Part shown: in pieces, positions 62,920 through 64,000 of the stretch
How positions within the stretch are numbered: position 1 is the stretch's first letter
Layout of the letters: each line of letters begins with the position of its first letter
Program-made: the position numbers and the translations under genes
The notes under the pieces: model-generated
Databases searched by the model: none
Told to the model about the DNA's origin: nothing
The model's input: the letters and a program-made list of their open reading frames with translations, nothing else
DNA from: Pelomyxa schiedti
Taxonomy: Eukaryota; Protista; Evosea
Direction: 5' to 3'
Assembly: GCA_020536535.1 (NCBI GenBank)
Contig: JAHLWZ010000267.1
Location: 17,153-81,152 of the forward strand
DNA: 64,000 bases

Positions 62920-64000
62920 TCAAGCCCATAGTGATTCTTTCCTCTCAAGCAAATCCTGGTAATTGTAAGTGCAGTCAAAAAATCCCTGTAAACATACCAA
63001 CAGCTGAAACCGTATTCTGGGAGGTAGTTCAGTTGATCTAGATAGAAGAGACAGCCTGGAAAAGAAGGCCTCATTCATGGCAGTTCCACTGGTACATGAT
63101 GTCTCCAATTTGTGGCCGACTTTGGATAGGAGTTTACACAGCGCCTCAAGCATTGGGCCAGTTTCATTCTAGATTGCAGGTAGTAACTGGAAAAATGGAA
63201 TTCAATGTGCTCACTTCTGCAAGTGTACGGATGCAGGAATTAATAACTATGGCAGGAATCATTGACTGCAGATATAGAGAACCTATGAACTCTACAATCC
63301 TAACAATTGCCTATTAGAACTGTGCGTAGAGGCACGCACCATACCCAAAAAGCTTGCTGATGGTTTTCTCCTTTTCCTCTGACTCAGGGAGAGATAACAC
63401 TAACGCGAAGGTACATTCAAATTCACTCTGGCACTTTTGCAACAATGACCTCTTGAATATACTCCCAAATGTTGCGTTGTTTGCAATCACACCGCTACCA
63501 GTGGCCAGAGTGGAACACAACACCGCATACATCCCACTATATTTTGGTTCCCTTGCAGCACAATTGTGCAATCTCTCCACAAATCCTGGTTGGTGTGGGT
63601 GAAAACCATCATAACAGGTTTGACTGAAGAAAAAACGTGACACCTTCCAAAACTCCAAGTGATGGTTGAACCTCCAAAATCCTTTGTGCTATGATCTCGA
63701 CATTATTATGAGTCAGTTTCCCCAATAGCCTTGTGTGATTGTGAGAGGGACACTGTTGAAATATAATAAGACATTCACACGAAAGTAATGCCCTCTTGGC
63801 ATCATCATCGTTACGAGGACGACAATAAACTACGTTTGTAGCCATCTGATAGGATCGAAAAGGAGCCTAAAAGGGAAGAGAATTTCCCCGATGGTGGTTC
63901 AGATGCACACTTCCTGCGACTCGCGCTACCTGAAGTACTCGCATGCGGGACGCCACAGCGGAGTCCCAAGTACTCTGAGGAGTACATCTGCTAGTTGAGG
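62920..64000 (-). CDS. MIF4G-domain protein (eIF4G-like), 5'-truncated by the window edge
   Basis: LGKLTHNNVEII; LHNCAAREPKYSGMYAVLCSTL; IFKRSLLQKCQSEFE; EALCKLLSKVGHKL; LPPRIRFQL..DLLE. Confidence 0.8.

Overview
Gene-dense, intron-rich eukaryotic DNA. Introns are mostly short GT-AG, and starts often sit in an AAAAATG context. There is one 100-N scaffold gap. The style and lineage-specific ORFs suggest a free-living amoebozoan, possibly Pelomyxa-like; this is inference only. About 27 protein genes are present. Recognisable ones are a Sel1-repeat protein, a MYCBP2-type RING-Cys-relay ligase, an F-BAR/RhoGAP, an adenylate-kinase-RING fusion, MCM5, Rab1-like, Rab21, a DUF4139 protein, an SPL-like radical SAM protein, a TOPORS-like RING, an SPFH/beta-carbonic anhydrase fusion, ADA3, NAA15 and a partial MIF4G protein. 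The best find is a candidate circularly permuted tRNA-Ser(CGA) gene on the minus strand at ~18662-18783: the 3' half precedes the 5' half across an 11-nt spacer, and the anticodon arm needs extra non-canonical processing. The second is a large VIT...TPR-DUF2135 protein carrying embedded Rab-like GTPase modules, one in an apparent G2-G3-G4-G5-G1 order. All gene models were spliced by eye, so boundaries are approximate where stated.
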